A stretch of DNA of 64,000 nt from an uncultured Candidatus Saccharibacteria bacterium (GTDB taxonomy: Bacteria > Patescibacteriota > Minisyncoccia > UBA6257 > Colwellbacteraceae): assembly GCA_964348915.1 (NCBI GenBank), contig CAYGEM010000001.1, positions 10,360-74,359 of the forward strand. The letters are read 5' to 3'. Numbering within the stretch: the first letter of the stretch is position 1; every line of letters begins with the position of its first letter. Made by a program: the position numbers and the translations under genes. Positions 18,781 through 28,230 of this stretch are shown here, in pieces. The notes beneath the pieces are model-generated. The model was not told the origin of the DNA and made no database searches. It worked only from the letters and a program-made list of their open reading frames with translations.

Positions 18781-20055
18781 TCAAACTTCGTATTCGCGAA
18801 TTTTCAGTTCAGAATCGATTTTTTGAGCGGTTTCCAGGGCGACGGAAACGACAATCAGGAGAGCGGTGCCGCCAACAGTCAGATTGGGCTGATTAGTGAT
18901 GGCTTGGGTGATAATCGGAAGAACGGCGATCAGTCCGAGAAACAACGCGCCGAACAAAGTAATGCGATTTATCACGTGAGAAAGATATTGGGCGGTTGGC
19001 TGTCCCGGCCGGATGCCGGCGACGAATCCGCCGGCGCGCTGAAGGTTTTTGGAAATCTCTTCGGGATTAAACACAATCGAGGTGTAAAAATAAGTAAAAA
19101 TGAAAACTAAAATAAAATAGGCCGCGCCGTAAGCCAGGTGATTCGCCTGGAACGACTGGGCAAAATTGTTAATGCTCTGGCTAAGCGGCAAGGAAAAAGC
19201 GCTGACAATCTGACTCAATAGTTGCGGAAAAATCAGAAGAGAAATGGCGAAAATTATCGGGATAACACCGGCCTGGTTGAGACGGATAGGCAGATAAGTC
19301 GAAACACCGCCATACATCCGATTTCCCCGCACTCGCTTGGCGTAAGAAACCGGTATTTTCCTCTCGGCAGCATTGATGACGGCGACGCCGGCGATAACAG
19401 CCAGAGCAAGCAGGGCGAAAATCAAAAGAGTGTCAATTCTCATTTCCCCTTGGCTCAATTTGTCCAAAACGCCGAACGCCGATACCGGCAAGCTGCTCAC
19501 GATTCCGGCAAAAATTATAAATGACACGCCGTTGCCGAGCTTTTGTTCGCCAATCAGTTCGCCGAGCCACAAAACAAGCATGGAACCGGCGGTGATGACC
19601 AAAACATTGATTAAAATTCCGGAAATAGTCATACCCGGCATCACGCCGCGGGAAGCGAGAAAACGCAGGAAACCGAAGCCCGACAAAACAGCCAGAGGCA
19701 CGGTAAGAGTGCGCCCCAGACGTTCGAATTTCGCCCGGCCTTCGGCGCCTTCCTCGTAATAATATTCTTTCAACCGGGGAAAAATCATGGTCAGAAGCTG
19801 AAGAATAATGGTGGCGGTAATATACGGCCCGACACCCAGCATGGCTATTGAAAGTTTTTCCAGGGCGCCGCCGGAAACGATATTCATATAACCAAGGCCG
19901 GGAGTGTTTGCGATAAGATTGGCCAGTTGAGTATGGTCGATGCCCGGAATCGGAATCGCGGCGAACAGCCGAAAAACCACCAAAAGCCCGGCAATAATGA
20001 ATATCCTTTTCCGCAAACCGGGCGTTTTGAGGATTTTGAAGAAATTAGCGAACAT
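18781..20055 (-). CDS. secY: Preprotein translocase subunit SecY
   Basis: 424 aa, 10-TM protein with the conserved N-terminal LRKRIFIIAGLLVVFRLFAAIPIPG. Confidence 0.95.
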   Translation of the reverse strand: MFANFFKILKTPGLRKRIFIIAGLLVVFRLFAAIPIPGIDHTQLANLIANTPGLGYMNIVSGGALEKLSIAMLGVGPYITATIILQLLTMIFPRLKEYYYEEGAEGRAKFERLGRTLTVPLAVLSGFGFLRFLASRGVMPGMTISGILINVLVITAGSMLVLWLGELIGEQKLGNGVSFIIFAGIVSSLPVSAFGVLDKLSQGEMRIDTLLIFALLALAVIAGVAVINAAERKIPVSYAKRVRGNRMYGGVSTYLPIRLNQAGVIPIIFAISLLIFPQLLSQIVSAFSLPLSQSINNFAQSFQANHLAYGAAYFILVFIFTYFYTSIVFNPEEISKNLQRAGGFVAGIRPGQPTAQYLSHVINRITLFGALFLGLIAVLPIITQAITNQPNLTVGGTALLIVVSVALETAQKIDSELKIREYEV

Positions 20056-20248
20056 GGTGGCGGGATTTATTGCCGCGCAATTTAGGTAAGCGCAGAATTA
20101 TGTCGCGTTCCGCCGGCCGGATTTTCCTGCCCGCGCGCGATTTTTGACCTTTTTGACCGCGTCCGGAATAGCCCCCCCTCTTTCCTCCTCGGCCGATTCT
20201 TTTTTTGTCGCGGGTTTTGTGTTCCGGTTGTAGTTCGTGAATAAGCAT
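20045..20248 (-). CDS. rplO: Ribosomal protein uL15, truncated (N-terminal extension only)
   Basis: 67 aa; RIGRGGKRGG..GRGQKGQKSRAG...RLPKLRG matches the Gly/Arg-rich N-terminal part of L15 up to the RLPKRGF motif; no C-terminal globular domain; 10-nt overlap with secY. Confidence 0.7.
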   Translation of the reverse strand: MLIHELQPEHKTRDKKRIGRGGKRGGYSGRGQKGQKSRAGRKIRPAERDIILRLPKLRGNKSRHHVR

Positions 20249-20258
20249 TGATTCGAAT

Positions 20259-20741
20259 TTATTTTGCCGGTTTTATTTTTTTCAACGCCTCGATAGTCGC
20301 CAACGCATTGGTCAATTTATTTTTGGTCGTACCCAAGCATTTGGCGGTAATATCACTCACTCCGGCCAAAGCCAAGACGGTTCTCACCGCGCCGCCGGCG
20401 AGCAAGCCGTTTCCTTTGCGCGCGGGACGCAACAGCACCCGGGCGGCGCTGAATTTAGCCGTAACCTCGTGAGGAATGGTACCGTTTTTAATCGGAACGC
20501 GAATCATCTCTTTTTTCGCCGCGATTTTCGCCTTATCCACGGCTTGAGCGACATCGCTGCCCTTAGCCACGCCGACTCCAACCCGGCCCTTGCCGTCGCC
20601 GACAGCCACGGTGACGCGGAAGCGAAATCTCTTGCCGCCGGCGACCACCCTGGTTACGCGCCGCAAGTCCAAAACCTGCTCCTGAAATTCATCTTTTTGA
20701 GCTCTAAATGGTTTTCTTCGATTATCCATGTTGAATGCCAT
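20259..20741 (-). CDS. rpsE: Ribosomal protein uS5
   Basis: RVTRVVAGGKRFRFRVTVAVGDGKGRVGVGVAKG; 160 aa. Confidence 0.9.
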   Translation of the reverse strand: MAFNMDNRRKPFRAQKDEFQEQVLDLRRVTRVVAGGKRFRFRVTVAVGDGKGRVGVGVAKGSDVAQAVDKAKIAAKKEMIRVPIKNGTIPHEVTAKFSAARVLLRPARKGNGLLAGGAVRTVLALAGVSDITAKCLGTTKNKLTNALATIEALKKIKPAK

Positions 20742-20742
20742 T

Positions 20743-21105
20743 TTAAATTTTTACGCCTTTCTCCCTTAGGGCCTCGACGACTCTCCGAACGCGGCCGTGA
20801 TATTTGTAATGCCGCCGGTCAAAGACCATGGCAACGATTCCCTTTTTCTCGGCTTTTTCCGCGAGAACGATTCCGGCCAAGTAAGCCATTTCCGTCTTGG
20901 TCATCTTTTTTTCCGCGGTTTTGATTTCTTCAGTCGAAGAAGCGACGAGAGTACGACCGCGCTCGTCGTCGATGGCCTGAAGATAAAGGTGCTGATTGCT
21001 GCGATTCACTGTCAGGCGAGGTCGATTCGCAGTGCCGGAAATAACCGCCCGCACCCGCGCCTGCCTCCTTTTCTTCCGTAAATTTTCAAGCCTGGTTTTT
21101 TGCAT
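20743..21105 (-). CDS. rplR: Ribosomal protein uL18
   Basis: 120 aa, L18 family signature (RLTVNRSNQHLYLQAIDD). Confidence 0.85.
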   Translation of the reverse strand: MQKTRLENLRKKRRQARVRAVISGTANRPRLTVNRSNQHLYLQAIDDERGRTLVASSTEEIKTAEKKMTKTEMAYLAGIVLAEKAEKKGIVAMVFDRRHYKYHGRVRRVVEALREKGVKI

Positions 21106-21117
21106 TTTTTTATTTCA

Positions 21118-21666
21118 TCAGCTCGCTGTTGAACTGGCGGCTTTCTTGCCGGCTTTACGACGTATCTTTTCATTCAAATACATTATCCCTTTGCCGAGAT
21201 AAGGTTCGGGTTTTTTTACGCGCCGGATGTTAGCGGCCGTTTCACCGACCAAAAACTTATCCGGACCGGATATTTTTATGATATTTTTTTCCACGCTCAC
21301 TTTGATGCCCGAGGGCAGAGCGAGTTTGACCGGATGTGAAAACCCGACATTCAACACGATAACACTTCCCTCCACGGTGGCGCGGAAACCGATTCCTTCG
21401 ATTTTCAGTTCTTTCAAAAAATCCTTTTCAGAACCCAATAAGGCGTTGTTCGCCAAAGCGCGCATCGTTCCCCAATTCGCTTCGGCCTGATTAGTGTCTT
21501 CTTCGCGAGAAAAAATAACTTTGCCGCCTTCAATTTTGACCCCGACTCCTTTCAAAATAGGCACCTTCAGTTCGCCGTTTTTTCCGGAAAAGACGAGCTG
21601 TTTGTCTTCAAACGCCACTTTAACGCCTTCCGGAACTTCTATGGGTTTTTTTCCAACTCGAGACAT
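21118..21666 (-). CDS. rplF: Ribosomal protein uL6
   Basis: MSRVGKKPIEVPEGVKV start; 182 aa. Confidence 0.9.
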   Translation of the reverse strand: MSRVGKKPIEVPEGVKVAFEDKQLVFSGKNGELKVPILKGVGVKIEGGKVIFSREEDTNQAEANWGTMRALANNALLGSEKDFLKELKIEGIGFRATVEGSVIVLNVGFSHPVKLALPSGIKVSVEKNIIKISGPDKFLVGETAANIRRVKKPEPYLGKGIMYLNEKIRRKAGKKAASSTAS

Positions 21667-21675
21667 GATTGTTAT

Positions 21676-22047
21676 TTACCAGATTTCAAATAAAACTTCT
21701 CCGCCGATTTTCGAACGGCGGGCTTCGACGTCAGTAACGATGCCATTAGGCGTAGAAATGAAATAATTGCCATATCCTTGCTTGGAACGGCGAATACCCA
21801 AATAACCGCGATAAATTCTCCGAGATGGCTTACTGATGAGCTTTATTTCGTTGATGACTTTTTTGTCGGAACGAAATTCCATCACGATAACGCGGCGAAG
21901 ACCGCGCCCTTTCTTTTGTATCGATTTAAGATAACCGGCTTTAACCAGCGCCTCGGCGACAGCCAGGTTAAGCTTGGAATAAGGAACTTTCGCCTCCGGC
22001 TTCCCGACCATCATCGCATTTTTGATTTGGGTTAAGATATTATGCAT
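21676..22047 (-). CDS. rpsH: Ribosomal protein uS8
   Basis: 123 aa; S8 family (DPIADMLTQIKNA-like N-terminus, C-terminal GGEVL). Confidence 0.85.
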   Translation of the reverse strand: MHNILTQIKNAMMVGKPEAKVPYSKLNLAVAEALVKAGYLKSIQKKGRGLRRVIVMEFRSDKKVINEIKLISKPSRRIYRGYLGIRRSKQGYGNYFISTPNGIVTDVEARRSKIGGEVLFEIW

Positions 22048-22048
22048 T

Positions 22049-22234
22049 TTACCAAGAAGATTTAGTTATCCCGGGTATCTGACCTCGGGAAGCCAACTCG
22101 CGAAAACAGATTCGGCATAAATTAAATTCGCGCAAATAACCGCGCTTGCGGCCGCAACGAAAACAACGGCTCACTTGGCGCGTTGAAAATTTGGGTTTTT
22201 TGATTGCTCGCGCAATTACCGAAGCTTTGGCCAT
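22049..22234 (-). CDS. rpsN: Ribosomal protein uS14, zinc-binding type Z
   Basis: 61 aa with [23 protein letters not shown] (CxxC...CxxC). Confidence 0.9.
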   Translation of the reverse strand: MAKASVIARAIKKPKFSTRQVSRCFRCGRKRGYLREFNLCRICFRELASRGQIPGITKSSW

Positions 22235-22235
22235 A

Positions 22236-22754
22236 TTATCGTTTCTTTTCCGTAATTTCTAATGGTACCCCCTTTTGACGGTAAAAATCAATCGCTTCCT
22301 CCCGATTTTTATGCTTCGGGACAAGAGTAATCTGCAAACCAAAGGAAGTTTTGGAAACTTCCGGGTCTATTTCCGGAAACACGAACTGGTCTCTGATGCC
22401 AATATTCAAATTGCCTTTCCGGTCAATATTCGAGAGCTTTATTCCGCGGAAATCTCTCACCCGGGGCAAGACCGCATTGACAAGCCGGCTCAAAAAATCC
22501 CGCATCCGCCGCCGGCGCAAAGTTACCCGCAAGCCAACGATGTCGCCTTGACGCAATTTGAATCCGGCGATGGATTTTCGCGCCCGGGTTACCCGGGGCT
22601 GTTGTCCGGCAATGAGGCCGATTTCCGAAGATATTTCAGGAAGAATTTTTTCGTCGAACTGCGCGTTGTTTTGCCGCAACCGGCCGATGCCGGAAGAAAC
22701 GACTATTTTCTCCAAGTCCTGTTTTTTATGTTTGTTGATTTCGATTTTTTTCAT
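22236..22754 (-). CDS. rplE: Ribosomal protein uL5
   Basis: 172 aa, L5 family, conserved position. Confidence 0.85.
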   Translation of the reverse strand: MKKIEINKHKKQDLEKIVVSSGIGRLRQNNAQFDEKILPEISSEIGLIAGQQPRVTRARKSIAGFKLRQGDIVGLRVTLRRRRMRDFLSRLVNAVLPRVRDFRGIKLSNIDRKGNLNIGIRDQFVFPEIDPEVSKTSFGLQITLVPKHKNREEAIDFYRQKGVPLEITEKKR

Positions 22755-22769
22755 GAATAATCGTGGATA

Positions 22770-23078
22770 TTAAACCATCGCTTGGCATTTCTTGCAATAT
22801 TTTTTCTTGGTTTTCCCGTCTATTTTCATACCCAGACGAGTCGGTTTCCGGCAATGAGTGCAGATAAAAGCGATGTTGGAAGCGGGAACCGGATGGGAAA
22901 CGGTGATAATCTGTCCCTTTTCCCCTTCTCGTTTAGGCCGGATATTTTTCTTCAACTGATTGATTCCTTCCACGAGAACCTTTCCTTTTTCGGTTAAAAC
23001 TTTCAAAATTTTGCCGCTTTTGCCGCGATCTTTACCTTTCAGAATATGAACAATATCCCCTTTCTTAAATTTGATCAT
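22770..23078 (-). CDS. rplX: Ribosomal protein uL24 with C-terminal CxxC...CxxC extension
   Basis: KOW domain MIKFKKGDIVHILKGKDRGKSGKI; C-terminal CTHCRKP...(17)...CKKC zinc-ribbon-like tail; 102 aa. Confidence 0.85.
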   Translation of the reverse strand: MIKFKKGDIVHILKGKDRGKSGKILKVLTEKGKVLVEGINQLKKNIRPKREGEKGQIITVSHPVPASNIAFICTHCRKPTRLGMKIDGKTKKKYCKKCQAMV

Positions 23079-23083
23079 GAAAT

Positions 23084-23452
23084 CTAAATTATGTATTCCG
23101 ACAGGGAAACGATTTTTTCGAAACCTTTTTCTTTAAGCTCGCGGGGCACGGGGCCGAAAATACGGGTGCCGAGAGGTTCTTTCTTGGGATTGATGAGAAC
23201 TACGGCATTGTCGTCGAAACGAACATACAATCCTCCGCGGCGGCGCAGATTAGTTCTCGCTCTCACCACCACCGCCTTGACTATGTCTTTTTTCTTTACT
23301 GCTTTGCGGGGTTCGGCTGATTGAACCGAAGCGATAATGATGTCGCCGATTTTAGCGTACCTCTTCCGGCTTCCGCCGAGAATGCGAAAACAACGCACCT
23401 TTTTCGCTCCGGAATTGTCAGCCACGGTCACTATTGTTCTTTCTTGAATCAT
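23084..23452 (-). CDS. rplN: Ribosomal protein uL14
   Basis: MIQERTIVTVADNSGAKKVRCFRILGG; 122 aa. Confidence 0.9.
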   Translation of the reverse strand: MIQERTIVTVADNSGAKKVRCFRILGGSRKRYAKIGDIIIASVQSAEPRKAVKKKDIVKAVVVRARTNLRRRGGLYVRFDDNAVVLINPKKEPLGTRIFGPVPRELKEKGFEKIVSLSEYII

Positions 23453-23706
23453 GCCTTTGTTATTTTACCCGCGACGACCCACTTCTTTTCTTTGGAAATC
23501 GGCTTGGTTTCTTCTATTTTCACGCGGTCGCCGACGCGATAATCGTTTTTCTCCGCATGAGCTTTGTAACGCTTGGTCACAACGAAATATTTCTGGTATT
23601 TCTTGTTCATTTTCTTCCGCGTCACGGCCACCACGACGGTTTTGGCCATACGGTCGGAAACAACCACTCCTTCCAGCGCTCTTTTGATTTTTGAAGATGA
23701 TGTCAT
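23449..23706 (-). CDS. rpsQ: Ribosomal protein uS17
   Basis: 85 aa, S17 family (GVVVSDRMAKTVVVAV). Confidence 0.85.
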   Translation of the reverse strand: MTSSSKIKRALEGVVVSDRMAKTVVVAVTRKKMNKKYQKYFVVTKRYKAHAEKNDYRVGDRVKIEETKPISKEKKWVVAGKITKA

Positions 23707-23715
23707 TATAAATAT

Positions 23716-24132
23716 TTAATCTTCTTTTTCGACGAATTTCACTTTAATCGGCAATTTCGAAGCGGCGAGAACAAAAGCTCTTTTGGCTGTTACCCGGCTT
23801 ACGCCATCCATTTCGAAAAGAATGCGGCCGGGACGAACCGGAAAGACATAATGATCCACCGCTCCTTTGCCTCCGCCCATAGTAACTTCCGGCGGACGCC
23901 TGGTAATCGGCTTATCCGGAAAAACCCTTATCCAAATTTTGCCCTCCCGTTTAATAAAATTGGTCAGGGTTCGGCGGGCCGCTTCGATCTGGTTGGAAGT
24001 GAGCCAAACCGATTCCTGCGCCTGCAAACCATATTGCCCGTAAGCCAGCTTAAGCCCGCGCGTTTCCGTCGTCCTCTTGCGCGAACGTCCTTTTTGCCAT
24101 TTCCTGTGTTTTACTTTTTTAGGTATGAGCAT
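23716..24132 (-). CDS. rplP: Ribosomal protein uL16
   Basis: MLIPKKVKHRKWQKGR; 138 aa. Only 10 nt separate it from rpsQ, so there is no room for rpmC (uL29). Confidence 0.9.
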   Translation of the reverse strand: MLIPKKVKHRKWQKGRSRKRTTETRGLKLAYGQYGLQAQESVWLTSNQIEAARRTLTNFIKREGKIWIRVFPDKPITRRPPEVTMGGGKGAVDHYVFPVRPGRILFEMDGVSRVTAKRAFVLAASKLPIKVKFVEKED

Positions 24133-24140
24133 GATAAAAA

Positions 24141-24821
24141 TTATCTCTTTTCCTCTTTGGCGAACACTTCGCCTTTATTTACCCAAACTTTTATGCCGAT
24201 GGTGCCGTAGGTCGTAAAAGCCGTGGCTTCGCCGTAGTCGATATCTGCCCGGATCTTAGCCAAAGGAAGGGTTCCTTTCTTCAACCATTCGGTCCGGGCG
24301 ATTTCAGCGCCGTTCAGCCGGCCGCCGACCCTTATCTTCGCGCCCTTCACTTCCCGATGGCTCATTATTTCATCCAAGTGCTTTTTCATGGTTTTCCGGA
24401 ATTTATATCTCCGCTCAAGATCGCCGGCGATATTCCGGGCGACCACCTGCGCCGAAACTTCGTTACGGGAAAGTTCGATTACGTTCAGGTTAAGGGGCGA
24501 TTTGTCCGCGATTTTTTCCCTCTTTCGCAAATCAAACACCGCTTTGTTAATAAGGCGCGTCAAATCTTCTATCCCTTTGCCGCCGCGGCCGATAACCAAG
24601 CCGGGCTTGGCCGCCTTGATGTTAATCCGGCAAACATTTCGCAATCTTTCTATTTCCACCGAAGCAATACCGGCGTCTTTGAGTTTCTTATCGACGATTT
24701 TACGGATAGTTTCGTCTTCCTGCAAAAAATAGCGGCGCGCTTTGGTGTCCGCAAACCAGCGCGACTGCCAATTGCGCAGATTGCCCAAGCGAAAAGAAAT
24801 AGGATTTATTTTTTGAGCCAT
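24141..24821 (-). CDS. rpsC: Ribosomal protein uS3
   Basis: 226 aa, KH domain GRGGKGIEDL, S3 family. Confidence 0.9.
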   Translation of the reverse strand: MAQKINPISFRLGNLRNWQSRWFADTKARRYFLQEDETIRKIVDKKLKDAGIASVEIERLRNVCRINIKAAKPGLVIGRGGKGIEDLTRLINKAVFDLRKREKIADKSPLNLNVIELSRNEVSAQVVARNIAGDLERRYKFRKTMKKHLDEIMSHREVKGAKIRVGGRLNGAEIARTEWLKKGTLPLAKIRADIDYGEATAFTTYGTIGIKVWVNKGEVFAKEEKR

Positions 24822-24823
24822 GA

Positions 24824-25342
24824 TTAGTTAGAAATGGTTTTGCGGCGGAAAGTCCGTTTGAAGAAACCCGGCTTTTCGGTTTTCTCCGGTTTTATTTCCA
24901 CGGTCCTGTTTTTCTTGCTTTCCGACCGTTCGCTTTTTTTAATTTTTGAAACTTTTTTCTTGCTCTTTTTAACAACGATGCCGCTGTAAGAAAATTTCGA
25001 TTTCTTCTTCGGACCGGTCGAGAGCTCCATAAAAAGATGGGAGCGCTGTTTATGGAGGGGGGTGGCGCGTCCCTGAGCGCGCGGCAGCCACCTTTTAAGC
25101 CGCATGCCTTTATCAGCGCGGATATTGCTTACGAAAAGATTATCCGCCGTTTGTCCGGCGTTTTTCGCGTTGGCCACGGCGCTGCGGAGAAGCTTCAAAA
25201 TCGGTTGAGCCGCTCTTTCCCGATGCACCAGAAGTTCGGCTTCCGCATCCGCCACGGTCATACCGACAAGGACGCTGGCGGCAAGACGCACTTTGCGCGG
25301 AGTAATATCAAGATTGGAAATTTTTACCACGAATTTTTCCAT
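24824..25342 (-). CDS. rplV: Ribosomal protein uL22 with Lys-rich C-terminal extension
   Basis: L22 core (RKVRLAASVLVGMTVADAEAEL) plus a roughly 60-aa basic tail; 172 aa. Confidence 0.85.
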   Translation of the reverse strand: MEKFVVKISNLDITPRKVRLAASVLVGMTVADAEAELLVHRERAAQPILKLLRSAVANAKNAGQTADNLFVSNIRADKGMRLKRWLPRAQGRATPLHKQRSHLFMELSTGPKKKSKFSYSGIVVKKSKKKVSKIKKSERSESKKNRTVEIKPEKTEKPGFFKRTFRRKTISN

Positions 25343-25360
25343 AATAATCAGCCGGCTGTT

Positions 25361-25672
25361 TTATTTGGTTTTCACCGGAGCGGCCGGCGCGGCTTGCGAC
25401 TTTTGCTCCAATTCTTTCTGCATTTTGCCGCCATGGCGGACGAACTTGCGCGTCGGCGAAAATTCACCCAAACGGTGGCCAATCATTTCTTCCGTTACCC
25501 TGACGGTAATGAAATCCTTCCCGTTATGCACGGCGAAAGAGAACCCTACCATTTCGGGCGAAATTTCACTATTTCTCGCCCAGGTTTTTATCATTGTTCC
25601 CGGAGCGGCCAGTCCTATTTTTTTCTGTAATTTTGGATCCAGATACGGACCTTTTCGAGAGCTTCTGGTCAT
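25361..25672 (-). CDS. rpsS: Ribosomal protein uS19
   Basis: GHRLGEFSPTRKFVRHGG; 103 aa. Confidence 0.9.
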   Translation of the reverse strand: MTRSSRKGPYLDPKLQKKIGLAAPGTMIKTWARNSEISPEMVGFSFAVHNGKDFITVRVTEEMIGHRLGEFSPTRKFVRHGGKMQKELEQKSQAAPAAPVKTK

Positions 25673-25673
25673 A

Positions 25674-26504
25674 TTATTTTTTCCCTCTTCGTTTAACGAT
25701 CAAAGCGTTCGACCATTTTTTCTTGGGCCGCGTCTTGCGTCCGCCGGTTATCTTTCCCCAAATGGTTTTGGGCTTGCGGGTTCCGCGCGGCTGACGACCC
25801 TCTCCTCCGCCGTACGGATGGTCAACCGGATTCATCGCCGAGCCGCGCACAGTCGGGCGAATGCCCATTCTCCGCGCACGACCCGCGTTGCCGATATTCA
25901 CCAAACCCCAGTCCTCATTGGAAACTTTACCGATAGTCGCAAAATTATTCCATAAAATTTTACGCACTTCACCGGAAGACATCTTCACGTGAGTATAGCC
26001 ATTCTCATGCGCCAGCACCTCGCCGTAAGAGCCGGCGGAACGGGCGATTCGTCCTCCGGCACCGGGATTAAGTTCGACATTATAAACGCTGTAACCAACG
26101 AGAATGTTTTTCAACATCATGCGATTTCCCGGCTGAAACGGAGCGACTTCGGCGACGACCACTTCGGCGCCGACCCCGATATTCTGCGGGGCTAAAACGT
26201 ATCGTCTCTCTCCGTCGCGATAAACCAGCTTCATAATGAAAGCGGTGCGATAAGGGTCATATTCCAAGGTTTCCACCCGGGCGGGAACGTTAATCTTATC
26301 GGCCTGATTGAAATCAACGGATCGATAAGTTTTCTTCACTCCCCCGCCCTGATGCCGCATCGTGATGCGGCCCTGATTGTTCCGGCCGCTATGCGCTTTA
26401 AGTTTTCGCGTCAGGCGCTTCTCCGGCGCGACTTTGGATAAAATACCGTAATCCGGCATAGTCATCTTTCTTCTTGATGGAGTTGTGGGTTTGTAGGTTT
26501 TCAT
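25674..26504 (-). CDS. rplB: Ribosomal protein uL2
   Basis: 276 aa; L2 signatures (GRNNQGRITMRHQGGG, VDHPYGGGEG). Confidence 0.95.
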   Translation of the reverse strand: MKTYKPTTPSRRKMTMPDYGILSKVAPEKRLTRKLKAHSGRNNQGRITMRHQGGGVKKTYRSVDFNQADKINVPARVETLEYDPYRTAFIMKLVYRDGERRYVLAPQNIGVGAEVVVAEVAPFQPGNRMMLKNILVGYSVYNVELNPGAGGRIARSAGSYGEVLAHENGYTHVKMSSGEVRKILWNNFATIGKVSNEDWGLVNIGNAGRARRMGIRPTVRGSAMNPVDHPYGGGEGRQPRGTRKPKTIWGKITGGRKTRPKKKWSNALIVKRRGKK

Positions 26505-26752
26505 TTTTTCTTTTCCTCCGGTTTCGCGATTTCAATCGCCTGCCCGGATTTAAGAGTAAAAATCGCTTTTTTGATTTTTTCTCCCAAAATAATATTTATA
26601 TGCAGGGCGTCAACCTTGTAATCTCTTTTCAATTCTTTTTTCAATTCGCTTTTGTTGGCGTTTCTATCAACAATGGCGACGTATTTGCCGAGAGGCGCCA
26701 TCAATTGCGCCTTTTCGCTTATGTATATGCTTTTAATCAATTTATTTGGCAT
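26501..26752 (-). CDS. rplW: Ribosomal protein uL23
   Basis: 83 aa, L23 family, conserved position. Confidence 0.85.
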   Translation of the reverse strand: MPNKLIKSIYISEKAQLMAPLGKYVAIVDRNANKSELKKELKRDYKVDALHINIILGEKIKKAIFTLKSGQAIEIAKPEEKKK

Positions 26753-27377
26753 GGCGATAAGTGGTTTCGAATAACGGAATCGCCTCTTTTTCGATAAGGA
26801 TTTGTTTATACAACAGGATGTCCCGGATATTCAACGTTCGCGGGTCCAAGGCGCTTACCTTGGGCAGATTATTCGTAGCGCGATAAATATTCTTATTAGT
26901 TATCGCCGGAATAATGAGTATGTCGGGAGCGCGACCCGAAAAACGCTTTAACATTTCGAAAACAGATTTTGTCTTGGGTTCTTTAATCTCAAAACTATCC
27001 ACGAATCTAATTTCTCCTTCTTTCAAGCGGCGGGATAAAGCGGAAAAGGTAGCCGCTTGCTTCATCTTCTTGTTGATTTTCACGGAATAATCCCTTTCCT
27101 TGGTCGGACCATGCGCCACGCCGCCGCCAACCCAGATGGGCGAACGGATGGAACCTTGGCGCGAGCGGCCGGTATGTTTTTGCTTCCACGGCTTTCTTCC
27201 GCCGCCGCTTACTTCGGCGCGGTTTTTAACGTGAGCTAAATTTTTACGGGAATTTTTTTCTTGGGCAACCAAGGCCTGGTGGACCAAATCGGGATTCCAT
27301 TTACGGCCGAAAATACGCTCGGGCACTTCCACCTTACCAATCACTTCGGCTAAATTATTGAATAAATCGACAACCAT
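26742..27377 (-). CDS. rplD: Ribosomal protein uL4
   Basis: GGGRKPWKQKHTGRSRQGSIRSPIWVGGGVAHGP; 211 aa. Confidence 0.9.
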   Translation of the reverse strand: MVVDLFNNLAEVIGKVEVPERIFGRKWNPDLVHQALVAQEKNSRKNLAHVKNRAEVSGGGRKPWKQKHTGRSRQGSIRSPIWVGGGVAHGPTKERDYSVKINKKMKQAATFSALSRRLKEGEIRFVDSFEIKEPKTKSVFEMLKRFSGRAPDILIIPAITNKNIYRATNNLPKVSALDPRTLNIRDILLYKQILIEKEAIPLFETTYRHAK

Positions 27378-27397
27378 TTTTTCGGTTCAATCCAATA

Positions 27398-27847
27398 TTA
27401 CGAGTAAAAAATCCTTACTTGACTGCCTCGCGTACCCGGCAAAGGACCTTTTAACGACAATAATCCCCGTTCTTTATCCCAATTGACGATCGGGATATTT
27501 TTGATTGTTTTCCGGTCATTGCCCATGCGTCCGGCCATCCGGCGTCCGGGTATCACCCTTTGAGGAGCAGTCGGACCGATGGAACCGGGAGCGCGGAGAC
27601 AATTCTTCTGTCCGTGCGTTTTCGGACCGCCGTGAAAACCATGCCTTTTCACGACGCCCTGAAATCCCCGACCCTTGGTTTTTCCGACAATTTTAACTTC
27701 TTTTCCGGCCTCGAAATCGATATTGCTTTCTTTAATCTTCACTAAAGTCACCGGTATCGCGTCATCGCCGGAGAAAAAATGGCTCATAGCCAATTTCTTG
27801 CCTAAGATAATTTTTGCTTCTTTTGTTTCCATTTCTTCTGACTCCAA
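27398..27847 (-). CDS. rplC: Ribosomal protein uL3 (short form)
   Basis: ILGKKLAMSHFF start region, GKTKGRGFQGVVKRHGF; 149 aa, shorter than typical bacterial L3. The real start may be the internal METKEAK. Confidence 0.8.
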   Translation of the reverse strand: MESEEMETKEAKIILGKKLAMSHFFSGDDAIPVTLVKIKESNIDFEAGKEVKIVGKTKGRGFQGVVKRHGFHGGPKTHGQKNCLRAPGSIGPTAPQRVIPGRRMAGRMGNDRKTIKNIPIVNWDKERGLLSLKGPLPGTRGSQVRIFYS

Positions 27848-27917
27848 TCATAAAAAATAACCGGGATAATCGCGGTTATTTCTTATCTTTCATACAAACT
27901 ATCCGCGTGGGTCTATA

Positions 27918-28223
27918 TTAAACCATTTTTATTTCGATGTCCACCCCTGCGGGAAGATTGATGTCGCTTAAGGAATCAATCAGTTTCTGGTCGGGATTCA
28001 TTATGTCAATCAGCCGTTTATGGATGCGCATTTCGAACTGTTCCCGCGAATTTTTATGGACAAAGGTCGAACGATTAACCGTATATTTCTTGATTTCGGT
28101 CGGCAGGGGTATCGGACCGACAAACTGCGAATCCATACGGCCCAATACCTCCAAAATCTGCCGGCACGAATTATCGGCAAGTTTCTGATCGTACGATTTA
28201 ATTCTCAACCTTAACTTGTCCAA
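27918..28223 (-). CDS. rpsJ: Ribosomal protein uS10
   Basis: 101 aa; S10 family (LRIKSYDQKLADNSCRQILEV). Confidence 0.9.
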   Translation of the reverse strand: MDKLRLRIKSYDQKLADNSCRQILEVLGRMDSQFVGPIPLPTEIKKYTVNRSTFVHKNSREQFEMRIHKRLIDIMNPDQKLIDSLSDINLPAGVDIEIKMV

Positions 28224-28230
28224 CTTGGGT

